From contig NC_043010.1 of the NCBI RefSeq assembly GCF_006345805.1, positions 12,772,001 through 12,836,000 on the forward strand: a stretch of DNA of 64,000 nt, given 5' to 3'. Source of the DNA: Octopus sinensis. Its lineage: Eukaryota. Below the pieces are notes generated by a model that saw only the letters and a list, made by a program, of their open reading frames with translations, had not been told where the DNA came from and made no database searches. Every line of letters starts with the position of its first letter. Position 1 is the first letter of the stretch. The translations under genes and the position numbers were made by a program. Below, one piece after another: positions 26,762-38,537 of the stretch.

Positions 26762-27275
26762 TGTACACCATCATCATCACCATCATCATCGTTTAACGTC
26801 CGCTTTCCATGCTAGCACGGGTTGGAGGATTTGACTGAGGACTGGCGAACCAGATGGCTGCACCAGACTCCAATCTGATCCGGCAGAGTTTCTAAAATGA
26901 AAACCCAGGTAGTTACTAGAGGGGTAAAAAATATCTGTTCTCCACTGTCAAATCATCAAGGCCTTATATAACTTCAGAAAATTATGTAAAAGTTCCATCA
27001 TCTTTCCAGCAGTCTAGCTGTGGATCTTGAAAATAATGGTCATCATCCTCATCATCATCATCATCATCATTTAACGTCCACTTTCCATGCTAGCATGGGT
27101 TGGACGATTTTGACTGAGGTGTGGCAAACCAGATGGCTGCACCAGACTCCAATCTGATCCGGCAGAGTTTCTACAGCTGGATGCCCTTCCTAACGCCAAC
27201 CAGTCCGAGAGCGTAGTGGGTACTTTTAGGTGCCACCGGCACGAGGGCCAATCAGGTGGTACTGGCAATGAGCCA
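26762..27275 (-). mobile_element. Two adjacent RTE-type 3' end copies with (GAT)n tails (26762-26895 and 27040-27275)
   Basis: Both begin catcatc...tttaacgtcc(g/a)ctttccatgctagca and share gatggctgcaccagactccaatctgatccggcagagtttct. Confidence 0.8.
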
Positions 27276-27383
27276 ATGAAGGAAACTCTACATGGTAGCT
27301 AAACTGGTAGAATAAAAACAGCAAAATCTGTATCATATTATACTTAATTGTCTTACATATTTTTTTCTTTTCTATTTTTTTTT

Positions 27384-27593
27384 TTTACTTGTTTCAGTCA
27401 TTTTGACTGCGGCCATGCTGGTGCACCGCCTTTAATCGAGCAACTCGACCCCGAGACTTATTCTTTTGTAAGCCCAGTACTTATTCTATCGGTCTCTTTT
27501 GCCGAACCGCTAAGTAACGGGGACGTAAACACACCAGCATCGGTTGTCAAGCAATGCTAGGGGGACAAACACAGACACACAAACACACACACG

Positions 27594-27639
<46 letters not shown>

Positions 27640-27807
27640 TACGACGGGCTTCTTTCAGTTTCCGTCTACCAAATCCACTCACAAGGCTTTGGTCAGCCTG
27701 AGGCTATATTAGAAGACACTTGCCCAAGGTGCCACGCAGTGGGACTGAATCCAGAACCATGTGGTTGGTAAGCAAGCTACTTACCACACAGCCACTCCTG
27801 CGCCTAT
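27384..27807 (-). mobile_element. SINE family A, full length
   Basis: Same head, body and tail as 2596-3009. Confidence 0.9.
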
Positions 27808-28480
27808 ATGTTAAAATGTAAGTATGAGAATCTCTATGGTAGCTAGAACTGGAGAAAACAGCAGCTTAATCTCCTTCAAACCATGATATATTGCTTTGCA
27901 TTTATATATATATGTATGAACTAACAAGGGATACTGTACATGGGTTGCTAGACATGCTAAAAATTGTCGTCAAATTTCCTTCAAATTACATACTATTACT
28001 GTCTTACAGAAAGACATTTTGGATGTTGTTTCCTGCATGCTTGGAATGTCTTTGATCAGAGATCTGCTCTTTCAGGGAAAACCTGAGGCTAAACAATAGC
28101 AACTCCAATTACGCATCTTGGAACATACTTTAACCAGCAAATTGCAACACAGTTATATTTTATACATGCTGAACTAATAACCCGTCATGGGCAAATCCAT
28201 ACTGTTAAATCTCTACCATAGGAGCCAACAAGGAAGCCTTTTGATGGATGATCAACTTGCTAGAAATAAAAACAGAATCTAACTTAAACTACATCATAGG
28301 TGCAGGGATGGCTGTGTGATAAGAAGTTTGCTTACCAACCACATGGTTCTGGGTTCAGTCCCACTGCACGGCACATTGGACAAGTGTCTTCTACTATAGC
28401 CTCGGGCTGATCAAAGCCTTGTGAGTGGATTTGGTAGATGGAAACTGAAAGATGCTCATCATATATATATATATATAATT

Positions 28481-28605
28481 TTTTATAATTAGGGTTCAGC
28501 AAAAGATTTGCTTTACCACATACCGAAGTTTAGAAATAGCAGCCAAAGAACCTTAACCATTTCCTCTGTGGTAAAACAAATCTTTGCTGAACCCTAATTA
28601 TAAAA
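28481..28605. repeat. ~40 bp inverted repeat with a 46 bp spacer, in a (TA)n-flanked module (28478-28710)
   Basis: 28481-28520 pairs with 28567-28605 (2 differences). Confidence 0.85.
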
Positions 28606-30245
28606 TATTACTTAAGTTTACCGAGAAATGGTCCCTTTTCATGCCGAATTCTACTTGGTGAAATTATTGATTACTAGTTAATTAATTAATTTGACCCTTT
28701 GTTATTATTGATATATATATATATATATACGACAAGCTTATGTATATATCTGCTTCTGTGTGTGTTTTTGTATCTGTGTTTGTCACTCTATCACTGCTTG
28801 GCAAAACATACTAACAGAACAAGTGCTAGACTTAAAAAATAAATCCTGTGGTCAATTTGTTTGACTAAAACCCTTCTAGGTTGTGCTCCAGCATATATAT
28901 ATATATATATATATATTGTATGTTTGTGTGTCTGTGTTTGTCCCTCTAGCATTGCTTGACAACCGATGCTGGTGTGTTTACGTCCCCCGTCACTTAGCGG
29001 TTCGGCAAAAGAGACAGATAGAATAAGTACTGAGCTTACAAAGAATAAGTCCCAGGGTCGATTTGCTCGACTAAACGTGGTAAGTGTGTGTGTGTGTGTG
29101 GTGTGTGTGTGTGTGTGTGGTGTGTGTGTTTGTTTGTATGTGTGTGTGTGTCTATGCATGCACACATGCATGAATGCATGTGTGTTTATGGTACCCTTGT
29201 TCTGACAGCATGTGACAGTTGTAAACTAACATCACTATAGTATAAGCAATGTTGTTCATTTCTAGTCTTCTGTGAAAATCTTGTCTGACTATGAGGAAAT
29301 ATTACCTTGTCTGAAAATAGGTGAGGGTTGGTGTCAGGAAGGGCATCCAGTTGTAAAAAAATCTACTTCAACAAATTTCATCAGACCCCTGAATACATGG
29401 AAAAGTGGATAATAAATGACGATGATGATGATGATGATGATGACGATGATGATGATGATGATGATGACGATGTTGATGATGATGATTTCTTTCACATGGC
29501 TTTGGTTGACTAAAAGACTATGGTAAAAAAGACGCTTGCCTAAAAATAGCATGCAGCAGGTCGAACTCAAAACGATATAGTTGTCAAACAAACTTCTTCA
29601 CCGAGTGGCCATATCTGAAGAGCTACTGTTCAGTCAGGTAATGTGTCACCTGACAAAATGATTAATGAACATCAGGATTCTTTCCAATTGTTTACAACTA
29701 GAATTTGCTAGAGAAAGTGTTAACAACAGAACTTAGCACAGATATTGAGAAATATCTCGCTACATTCCTGATGTATACACCTTTACACTTACTGATTTTC
29801 ATTGTCAAGTTGTGTTACAATACGCAAGAAGTATGTTGCTACAATAACTTTACATAGTTCTGATACAATTAAAAGGAATATGCTTCTACAACAATAATAA
29901 ATCTCTGAACGAGATGTAAACAGTAACCGCTCGACAACGTAAAGTATACTAGCCATCTCAATATGGCTAACTACTAAGGGTGGGTGTTACTGTAGCCTTT
30001 AGCCCCAGGAGATCATCGTCTCCAGCTGGCTTTAGGCACACTTTCTGTGCCCTTATGATATTTGCAAAGGGAGCCCCAGGAGATCATCGTCTCTAGCTGG
30101 CTTTAGGCACACTTTCTGTGCCCTTATGATATTTGCAAAGGGAGCCCCAGGAGATCATCGTCTCCAGCTGGCTTTAGGCACACTTTCTTTGCCCTTATGA
30201 TATTTGCAAAGGGAGGTCATCCCTCTCTCGTAAACCTAAGTGATA

Positions 30246-30290
30246 CGCACGGACTGCAGTTTCTAGGTATTTGCCTGTCTTCAGCATATG
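30246..30290 (-). ncRNA. Minimal type I hammerhead ribozyme (HHR1, canonical core)
   Basis: CATATG-CTGAAGA-CAGG(CAAATA)CCTA-GAAAC-TGCA-GTC-CGTGCG; canonical CUGANGA/GAAA core, palindromic UGCA loop III, GUC site; stem II closing pair mismatched. Confidence 0.75.
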
Positions 30291-30598
30291 GCAGTCACCG
30301 GTTTACGATGAAAGGGAGACCTGTTTGCAAATACTTATTGTTTTTCTAGTAACTTCTGTCACTGATTTCGAAAAACTGTCTGCAAGCAATAACAAATCTC
30401 TGAACGAGATGTAAACAGTAACTGCTCGACAACGTAAAGTATACTAGCCATCTCAATATGGCTAACCACTAAGGGTGGGTGTTACTGTAGCTTTTAGCCC
30501 CAGGAGATCATCGTCTCCAGCTGGCTTTATGCACACTTTCTGTACCCTTATGGTATTTGCAAAGGGAGGTCATCCCTCTCTCGTAAACTTAAGTGATA

Positions 30599-30643
30599 CA
30601 CACAGACTGCAGTTTCGAGGTATTTGCCTCTTGTCAACGTACG
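30599..30643 (-). ncRNA. Minimal type I hammerhead ribozyme (HHR2, core decayed)
   Basis: CGTACG-TTGACAA-GAGG(CAAATA)CCTC-GAAAC-TGCA-GTC-TGTGTG; perfect stem II, stem I fully paired with wobbles, two transition changes in the core. Confidence 0.7.
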
Positions 30644-30741
30644 GTAATCACAGTTTTTCAAAATCAGTGACAGTAGTTACTGGAAAAACATTAAATAGAT
30701 AATTGCAAACAGGTCTCTCTTCATCGAAAACCGGTGATTAC

Positions 30742-30786
30742 CATACGTTGACAAGAGGCAAATACCTAGAAACTGCAGTCCGTGCG
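30742..30786 (+). ncRNA. Minimal type I hammerhead ribozyme (HHR3, in the inverted segment)
   Basis: CATACG-TTGACAA-GAGG(CAAATA)CCTA-GAAAC-TGCA-GTC-CGTGCG. Confidence 0.7.
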
Positions 30787-31081
30787 TATCACTTAGGTTT
30801 ACAAGAGAGGGATGACCTCCCTTTGCAAATATCATAAGGCACAGAAAGTGTGCCTAAAGCCAGCTGGAGACGATGATCTCCTGGGGCTAAAAGCTACAGT
30901 AACACCCACCCTTAGTGGTTAGCCATATTGAGATGGCTAGTATACTTTACGCTTCTACAACAGTTGTACAGAAATAGCTCCATCATAATGCACAAGAAAT
31001 ATATGCATTTAGAGTGATTGTATGTGAACCTTTACAATACAAAAGAAACATACTTCACTACAGTAAAATAGAAATATGCTT

Positions 31082-31288
31082 TAAGGCGGTGAGCTGGCAG
31101 AAACGTTAGCATGCCGGGCAAAATGCTTAGCGCAATTTCATCTGATGTTACATTTTGAGTTCAAATTCTGCCGAGGTCGACTTATCCTTTCGGGGTCAAT
31201 AAATTAAGTACCAGTTATGCACTGGGGTCAATGTAATCAACTTAATCTCTTTGTCCTTGTTTAGCCCCTTGTGGGCAATAAAGAAATA
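31082..31288 (+). mobile_element. SINE family B, full length with 12 bp TSD
   Basis: TSD agaaatatgctt at 31070-31081 and 31289-31300; head aggcggtgagctggcagaaacgttagc, B-box-like gagttcaaattc. Confidence 0.9.
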
Positions 31289-31444
31289 AGAAATATGCTT
31301 GTAATTTATTTTCAAGTTATGACTTGTGCTAAGCCTTCTCAGTATACATCCCTTCAGAGTACTGTATAAACAGTTGTGTTAAGCAGTGTTACATAAATTG
31401 TGTTATAAGAGCCAAGATATATATATATATATATAGATAGATAG

Positions 31445-31846
31445 ATAGGCGCAGGAGTGGCTGTGGGGTAAGTAGCTTGCTTACCAACCACATGGTTCTG
31501 GGTTCAATCCCACTGCATGGTACCTTGGGCAAGTGTCTTCTACTACAGCCTTGGGCCAACCAAAGCCTTGTGAGTGGATTTGGGAGTGGATTTGGGAGAC
31601 GGAAACTGAAAGAAGCCCGTCGTATATATGTATATATATGTATGTTTGTGTGTCTGTGTTTGTCACTCCAACATCACTTGACAACTGATGGTGGTGTGTT
31701 TACGTCCCCATAACTTAGCGGTTTGGCAAAACAGACCAATAGAATAAGTACTAGGCTTCCAAAGAATAAATCCGGGGGGTCGAGTTGCTCGACCTAAGGC
31801 GGTGCTCCAGCATGGCTGCAGTCAAATTACTGAAAAGAGTAAAAGA

Positions 31847-31849
<3 letters not shown>
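31445..31849 (+). mobile_element. SINE family A, full length
   Basis: Same head, body and tail as the other copies. Confidence 0.9.
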
Positions 31850-31882
<33 letters not shown>

Positions 31883-32528
31883 TCCTGCCGTCATCATCAT
31901 AATCATTTTAATGTTCACTTTTCCATGCTTACACGGGTCACACATTGTTTATTGAGGCAGATTTTCCATAGCTGGATGCCCATCCTGTCTCCAACCCTCA
32001 CCTTGTTTCCAAGCAAAGTAATATTTACCCATGCATGGCTGGACATTTCTCAGCAAAATGACACTATTTGAATGACAGTGACACTCATTTGTAACTATGA
32101 CATGTTGTTAAAACAAGGAGATACACTTACACATACATATGAACATATATATACATATGTACACACACACAACAGGCTTCTTCCAGTTTCCATCTACCAT
32201 ATTCACTTACAAAGGCTAAGAAAAAAACTTGACAAAGTGCCAGGCAGTGAAACTGAACCTGAAACCATGTGGTTGGGAAGTGACCCTCCCAACCTATAAT
32301 TATACCTGCACCTTTAAGTAAACAACTCTGTTATGACATTTTACAACTCATGCAAATTATTCCTCCACTGTATTTCTATGTAATAACAGTGTAACAATAC
32401 ATGAAAATAGAGTCCCTCAATATTCCTCTACGTAAACAGCAGTGTTACATAATGTTACAATAGAAAAGAATTATATCTTCACTATACTTCTGCATGAATA
32501 GTTGTGCTACAATATACAAAAATATACG

Positions 32529-33090
32529 GTACACATCATCATCATTTAACATCCGTTTTCCATGCTAGCATGGGTTGGACGGTTTTACTGGGGTCTGGTA
32601 AGCCATGGAGGCTGCACCAGGCTCCAATCTTGATTTGGCAGTGTTTCTACAGCTGGATGCCCTTCCTAAAGCCAACCACTCCAAGAGTGTAGTGGGTGTA
32701 TTTTACATGCCACTAGCACAGGGGCCAGAGGAGGCTGGCAAACGGCCACGATCGGTTGGTGCTTTTACGTATCACCGACAAAGACGCCAGTCAAGCGGCA
32801 CTGGCATCTGCCACGTTTGGACGGTGCTCTTTACGTGTCATTGGCACAGGTGTCTTAACTACAATTTCCATTTTATTTTTATTTTGATGTTGGTGTTGAC
32901 ATATTTGACTCAATAGGTCTCCTCAAGAACAGCCGGTCACTCTACAATCCAAGGTTAGCACAGCAGGCCGTCCTGCGAGCCATGAACTCACTTCATTTGT
33001 CGGGTCTTCCCAGTCACAGCATATCTCGGGGGTCTCGGTCTTCATCGTTTCCTCTGTGAGGCCCTACGTGCCACCGTCACGGGTATCACA
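32529..33090 (-). mobile_element. 5'-truncated RTE LINE: ORF2 end, subrepeat-containing 3' UTR and (GAT)n tail
   Basis: Minus-strand 5' part resembles an RTE ORF2 end (GLTEET...DR.L.RYAVT.KTRQ after frameshift correction), followed by the UTR shared with 7440, 27040 and 34189. Confidence 0.7.
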
Positions 33091-33709
33091 ACTACAATAT
33101 CCACATAAGCAAATATTTCATTTACTGAATTCTATAAATAAGAATGACTGTCCTTATTTAAATTCAGCATTTCAGGCAATGTATCTCACTGAAAGAGACA
33201 CATTTATGTCAAAACACCAGTGTCTCATAGTCCACTGCATCACTAAATCATGTATTGTCAACATATATCATCTAAAAAGAGTTGTTCTCCAAAGACAGCA
33301 ATTATATGCATAGTCATGTTCAAATCCGCCAGAATGTGTTTAGAATGAATATAAACATCATTACTTTACACATCTGTCCTACATAAACATTTGTGTTATT
33401 ATACACAAGAAGGCTGGGCACTCCATTGGTCATGATAAGTGTTCTGGTTGATTCAATCAGAAGTAAAGCCAGTAAGAGGCTGAGCACTCTACAGATATGC
33501 ATACCCCTAACATAGTTCTCGGGGAGATTCAGTGTGACATACCAAATGACAGGCTCAACTCATTCTTGCTGAATAGATTGGAGCAACATGAAATAAAGCA
33601 TGACTAGTGTATTCGGCTTGCAATTGTAAGGTCATGAGTTCAATTTCCAGTCGTGCATTGTGTACTTGAGCAAGACACAAGAAATATTCTTTCACTATAA
33701 TTATACATG

Positions 33710-34007
33710 TGGAGGCACATGGCCTAGTGGTTAGAGCAGCGGACTCATGGTCGAAGGATCATGGGTTTGAATCTCAGACCAGGCAATGTGCGTGTTTATG
33801 AGCGAAAACACCTAAGCTCCACGCGGCTCCGGCAGAAGGTAATGGCGAACTTCTGCTGAGTCTTTCACCACAACTTTCACTCTTTCCTCCTGCATCTTGC
33901 TGCTCACCTGTGATGGACCGGCGTCCCATCCAGGTGGGGAACCTATACGCCAAGGAAACTGGAAAACCGGCCCTTATGAGCCAGGTGTGGCTCGGAAAGG
34001 AACAAAC
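33710..34007 (+). mobile_element. SINE family C1 (tRNA-Arg-like head, V-domain-like tgtgatggaccggcgtcccatccagg)
   Basis: A-box TGGCCTAGTGG, B-box-like GGTTTGAATCTC; head shared with 53084-53475. Confidence 0.8.
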
Positions 34008-34188
34008 AGCACAATTGTACATAAACAGTTATGATACATTGTGTTGCAGCATGTGGAAACTATTCCTCCATGGCTGAATTCATTTGTTTTAGTATTTACA
34101 AGAAATATATATATATATATATATATACTTCTGAATTCTACTGGGTACATAGTTGTGTACCAGTACATAAGCGAATCAACAGTATTCA

Positions 34189-34625
34189 TCATCATTATCG
34201 TTTAACGTCTGTTTTCCATGCTGGTATGGGTTGGACGGTTCAACTGGGGTCTGGGAAGCCAGGAGGCTGTGCCAGGCCCAGTCTGATCTGGCAGTGTTTC
34301 TACAGCTGGATGCCCTTCCTAACGCCAACCACTCCGAGAGTGTAGTGGGTACTTTTTATGTGCCACCTGCACAGGTGCCAGATGAGGTTGGCAAACGGCC
34401 ATGATCGGACGGTGCTTTTTACGTGCCACCGGCATGGGGGCCAGACGAGGCTGGCAACGGCCACAATCGGATGGTGCTTTTTATGTGCCACCATCACGGA
34501 GCCCAGTCGGGGCGGCGCTGGCAACGGCCATGTTTGGACAGTTCTCTTACGTGCCACCGGCACTGGTATCTCTGCTAAAATTTCTATTGGTGTTGAAAGA
34601 TTTCGATTTTGATTTTGATTTTGAC
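34189..34625 (-). mobile_element. RTE LINE 3' UTR copy
   Basis: Tandem subrepeats acgtgccaccggca...acggccacgatcggatggtgctttt; same terminus as the other copies. Confidence 0.8.
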
Positions 34626-34910
34626 CAACTAAAATCTATAGAGGAATAATGAACTTGTATGGTAACTGAGGTGTAACTGCTTTCAAATGAAAGTGATGCT
34701 AGAGTTGAGAGGCCATCTAATTCAGTTAAAGACAGAATATCAAAATCCAATAAAAACCCTTGTCTGGCACATGTGGTAAAGGATATCTTTACCATATAAG
34801 CAATTACATCACTGTAACTTATCATGGTGAGTAATGATAAGCTACAAAGATATAATTACCAGATTACCAATACAATGTGGATTATGAATAATAAATATAC
34901 AGATATGTAT

Positions 34911-35337
34911 ATAGGTGCAGGAGTGACTGTGTGGTAAGTAGCTTGCTAACCAGTCACATGGTTCCGGGTTCAGTCCCACTGCGTGGCATCTTGGGCAAGT
35001 GTCTTCTGCTATAGCCCCGGGCCGATCAATGCCTTGTGAGTGGATTTGGTAGACGAAAACTGAAAGAAGCCTGTCGTATATATGTATATATATATATATG
35101 TATATATGTATGTGTGTGTATGTGTTTGTGTGTCTGTGTTTGTCCCCCTAGCATTGCTTGACAACCGATGCTGGTGTGTTTACGTCCCCCGTCACTTAGC
35201 AGTTCGGCAAAAGAGACAGTTAGAATAAGTACTGGGCTTACAAAGAATAAGTCCCGGGGTCGATTTGCTCGACTAAATGTGGTGCTCCAGCATGGCCGCA
35301 GCCAAATGACTGAAACAAGTAAAAGAGTAATGAGTAA
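34911..35337 (+). mobile_element. SINE family A, full length
   Basis: Same head, body and tail as the other copies. Confidence 0.9.
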
Positions 35338-35599
35338 TATGCATTTACTTGGTCCTAATTTCACAGCAAAATAAATACATATAGATATGAGTCTGTATAT
35401 CTTTTATATGAAAACAATATACTCTTCCCTAGCAATGGCAGCACTGTCAGTACTGTCTCTGCGTTCATTATGCTATCAACAATAGTAGTAGGTATTCTAT
35501 ACATGGCAGATTAATTAGTTTTATAGTTAATTTTAACGAAATATCTCTTAATGAATTACAAGATAAACTAACTGGAGATTTCTAAAAAGAATGAAATGG

Positions 35600-35987
35600 T
35601 GCTATACATGATTATTATCGTCGGTTACAATGACAAGGGTTCCAGTTTATTTGATCAATGGAACAGCCTGCTTGTGAAATTAATATGCAAGTGGCTGAGG
35701 ACTCCACAGACATGTGCATCCTTAATGCAGTTCTCGGGGAGATTCAGCATGAAAAAGTGTGTGACATGGCTGGCCCCTTTGAAATACATATACAACAGAA
35801 ACAGGAAGAAAGAGTGAAAGTTGTGGTGAAAGTGTGCAGTAGGGTTTGCCACCACCCCCTGCTGGAGCATCATGGAGCTTTAGGTATTTTTGCTCAATAA
35901 ACATTCACAACACCCGGTCTGGGAATCAAAACTGCAATCCCATGACCGCAAGTCCGCTCCCCTAACCACTGGGCCATTGTACTTCAC
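35600..35987 (-). mobile_element. SINE family C2, diverged copy
   Basis: Aligns by eye along its length to 53084-53475. Confidence 0.8.
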
Positions 35988-36191
35988 ACATGATTACTAT
36001 AAAACTAGAAACTGTAAGAACTTTGTAACAGATAGAAAAATATCAAATATGTCATTTCTGTGCATCTTCTTCCTTGAATTCTTTAATTTCAAATACAAAT
36101 TTCTCACCCCACCTCCTGTTGTGAAAGGATGGTTATCTCCCTGGTATTAAGAACCCTACCTAGAGGCATAACATATTTATTGCAATAATTC

Positions 36192-36598
36192 GGATCTTTT
36201 CAGTTTGAATGGCAATTTAAAAAAATAATTTCCACGTAACTAAACACTTAAACTTCGTATACTGGTAGAATGTGTTTATAAAACATCTTTTTCTCTCGGC
36301 TTTATTGAGAAAATTCTATAGTTTGTAAGATATTTGTTGTTTTTTTTTCTTCAATTTCTGCAATTTCAACCAATCAATGACATCTGTTGAGGTAAAAACA
36401 TTCTGTGTCATATGAATATGTCCCTTGTTTACGAAACAGATTGGGTTTATTTACATTTGTGAAGAAAAAAGATACCCTTCCCCACCCCTAACCCTAAAAC
36501 AGATTGAAATGCAATAGATCGATACTAGGGTCATAATTATGGGTGACAATTTCACATGACACCACTAGAAAAAACTGCCGTTGAAACCGAAAAGATCC
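36192..36598. mobile_element. GG-ended MITE with 9 bp TSD (Merlin- or Mutator-like)
   Basis: TIRs ggatcttttcagtttgaatggca and tgccgttgaaaccgaaaagatcc; TSD caataattc at 36183-36191 and 36599-36607; internal ccctaaccctaa. Confidence 0.85.
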
Positions 36599-36817
36599 CA
36601 ATAATTCTTCTAAAACTTCCTCTGATGAACCAAACTATTTGTATTTAACAGCAGCAAGTCTTAACAATGGTGATATTATGATCACGTGTTATTTATCAGT
36701 AAAAACATCACACTAGCAATTCTTAAGTGAGAAAATGGAAACTGGTTACAAATCTGAAAGGAAAATAGAACACCAGTTTCATGGGACGAGATAATAAAAG
36801 CAGTCTAAAAAAAGTAC

Positions 36818-36974
36818 CTGGTATTTCTTCGTACTGTGGGGCATCTCTTCGTATGCAGCCATGTTTGACGTCTTTTCGTGTGGATACGATATTGATACGA
36901 CAGTCAGGGCCTGTAAAGGGTCTTTCTTCAACTCCAATATAGCCTGATGTTACACCAATATCTGCTATGTATCC
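36818..36974 (-). CDS. Best candidate internal coding exon (GYIADIGVTSGYIGVEERPFTGPDCRINIVSTRKDVKHGCIRRDAPQYEEIP)
   Basis: Acceptor tttttaaatatctctttcag, donor CAG|GTACTT, 157 nt fully open (phase 0 to 1), non-repetitive and GC-richer than its flanks. Protein not recognised. Confidence 0.5.
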
Positions 36975-38224
36975 CTGAAAGAGATATTTAAAAATAATTA
37001 ATTGTACATAATTTCAAGAAATTCAGAGTATTTGACAACAAATATATAAGCATATGTATACAAAAATGTGTATATGTATATGAATGGTTGTTTTGGAATC
37101 ACGTGATTGTTGTAAACAAGCTTCACTGTCATACAAGTGGAGTCTTTCATTCCCAAATTTCAATGAAAACATGTCCAGCCATGAGAAATTTTAACCTCAC
37201 TGGGAAACAGGAGAGGGTTGGTGATAGGAAGGGCATCCGGCCATAGAAAATCTGTCCCCAACAAATTCCATCAGACCTATACAAGCATGGAAAATTGGAC
37301 ATTAAAACAATGCCAATGATGATGATGTGATGATGATGATGATGATGTTGATGACGATGACAATGATGGTGATGATGATGATGATGGTGGTTGTTGTTGC
37401 TGTTGCTGCTGCTGTTGTTGTTGTTGTTGTTGTTGTTAAGCAACAAGACGGGTAAGGGTGATTAGGTGACGGTCTCGGGCTTAGGGGCGGGAGATCCCAG
37501 ACCTTGGAAAAAAAAAAACTTTGGTCATCTTGTTGTAGTTGAGGGCTCTTCATTGACACCCGACACCACTGGGAGGTGGCCCTCAAAGTCGCTGGAAATG
37601 GAGATCTCCAGGTCCAAATTCTTGAACAGCTGCTGCTGCTGCTGATGATGATGATGATAACCAAGGTTTAGATTTTTATGTTAAATCACTATTAACCAAT
37701 TTAACCTTTTAGTTTTCAGATTACTTTGTCGAATGTAATGCTTATTTATTCACATTGTTTTGAATTAATCACTCATTATCTCGCAGCTTTGAGATTTAGA
37801 TGGTGTGATTGTTTATTTTTTTAGAATGACATTGTAGGGTCGGGGTGAGGTGTTGGATCTGGCCAGGTTGGACATATAACAGACAGGATATTTTGGCCGG
37901 ATATGGCCAGCTTAAATGCTATAGTTAATGTGTGTAACATTAGAAAATCCAAGGTGTCGTGCAGTGGAACGGAAACTGAAATCACGTTGTTACAAATTAC
38001 AAAGCATTCTTCTTAATTACACAACCATCTTAATTAGAATGTCAATGTTGTATTTTAAGAGATAAATGTAAACTTCCACTGAATAACAACTGATAAGAGG
38101 AAGCAACAAAAATATAATGTATATATGTGTGTATATAGAACATAACTGGTACAATATACAGCTGGAAGCTTATAGACCAGTGGTTCTCAACGGTTTTTTT
38201 ATTTATGGATCCATTGTTTTGAAT

Positions 38225-38537
38225 GGGCCGACCAAAGCCTTGTGAGTGGATTTGGTAGACGGAAACTGAAAGAAGCCCGTCGTATATATGTATATATATA
38301 TATATGTGTGTGTGTGCGTTTGTGTGTCTGTGTTTGTTCCCCTAGCATTGCTTGACAACCGATGCTGGTGTGTTTATATCCCCGTTACTTAGCGGTTCGG
38401 CAAAAGAGACCGATAGAATAAGTACTGGGCTTACAAAAAAGAATAAGTCCCGGGGTCGAGTTGCTCGATTAAAGGCGGTGCTCCAGCATGGCCACAGTCA
38501 AATGACTGAAACAAGTAAAAGAGTAAAGAGTAAAGAG
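38225..38537 (+). mobile_element. SINE family A, 5'-truncated
   Basis: Starts at gggccgaccaaagcc and has the full tail. Confidence 0.85.

Larger units (their letters stand above)
29894..30950 (-). mobile_element. Retrozyme-like insertion: tandem ~353 bp monomers with hammerhead motifs, 5' inversion and 12 bp TSD
   Basis: Monomer start atctctgaacgag at 29901 and 30396; internal 71 bp unit x3 (30001, 30072, 30143); segment ~30650-30950 inverted; TSD gcttctacaaca at 29882-29893 and 30951-30962. Confidence 0.8.

Noticed and set aside
28203-28259. 57 nt minus-strand exon-like frame (QVDHPSKGFLVGSYGRDLT)
   Set aside because: It overlaps a recurrent repeat motif (ctagaaatagcagccaaa-like, also at ~26700 and ~28530), so the splice-like sites are probably coincidental.
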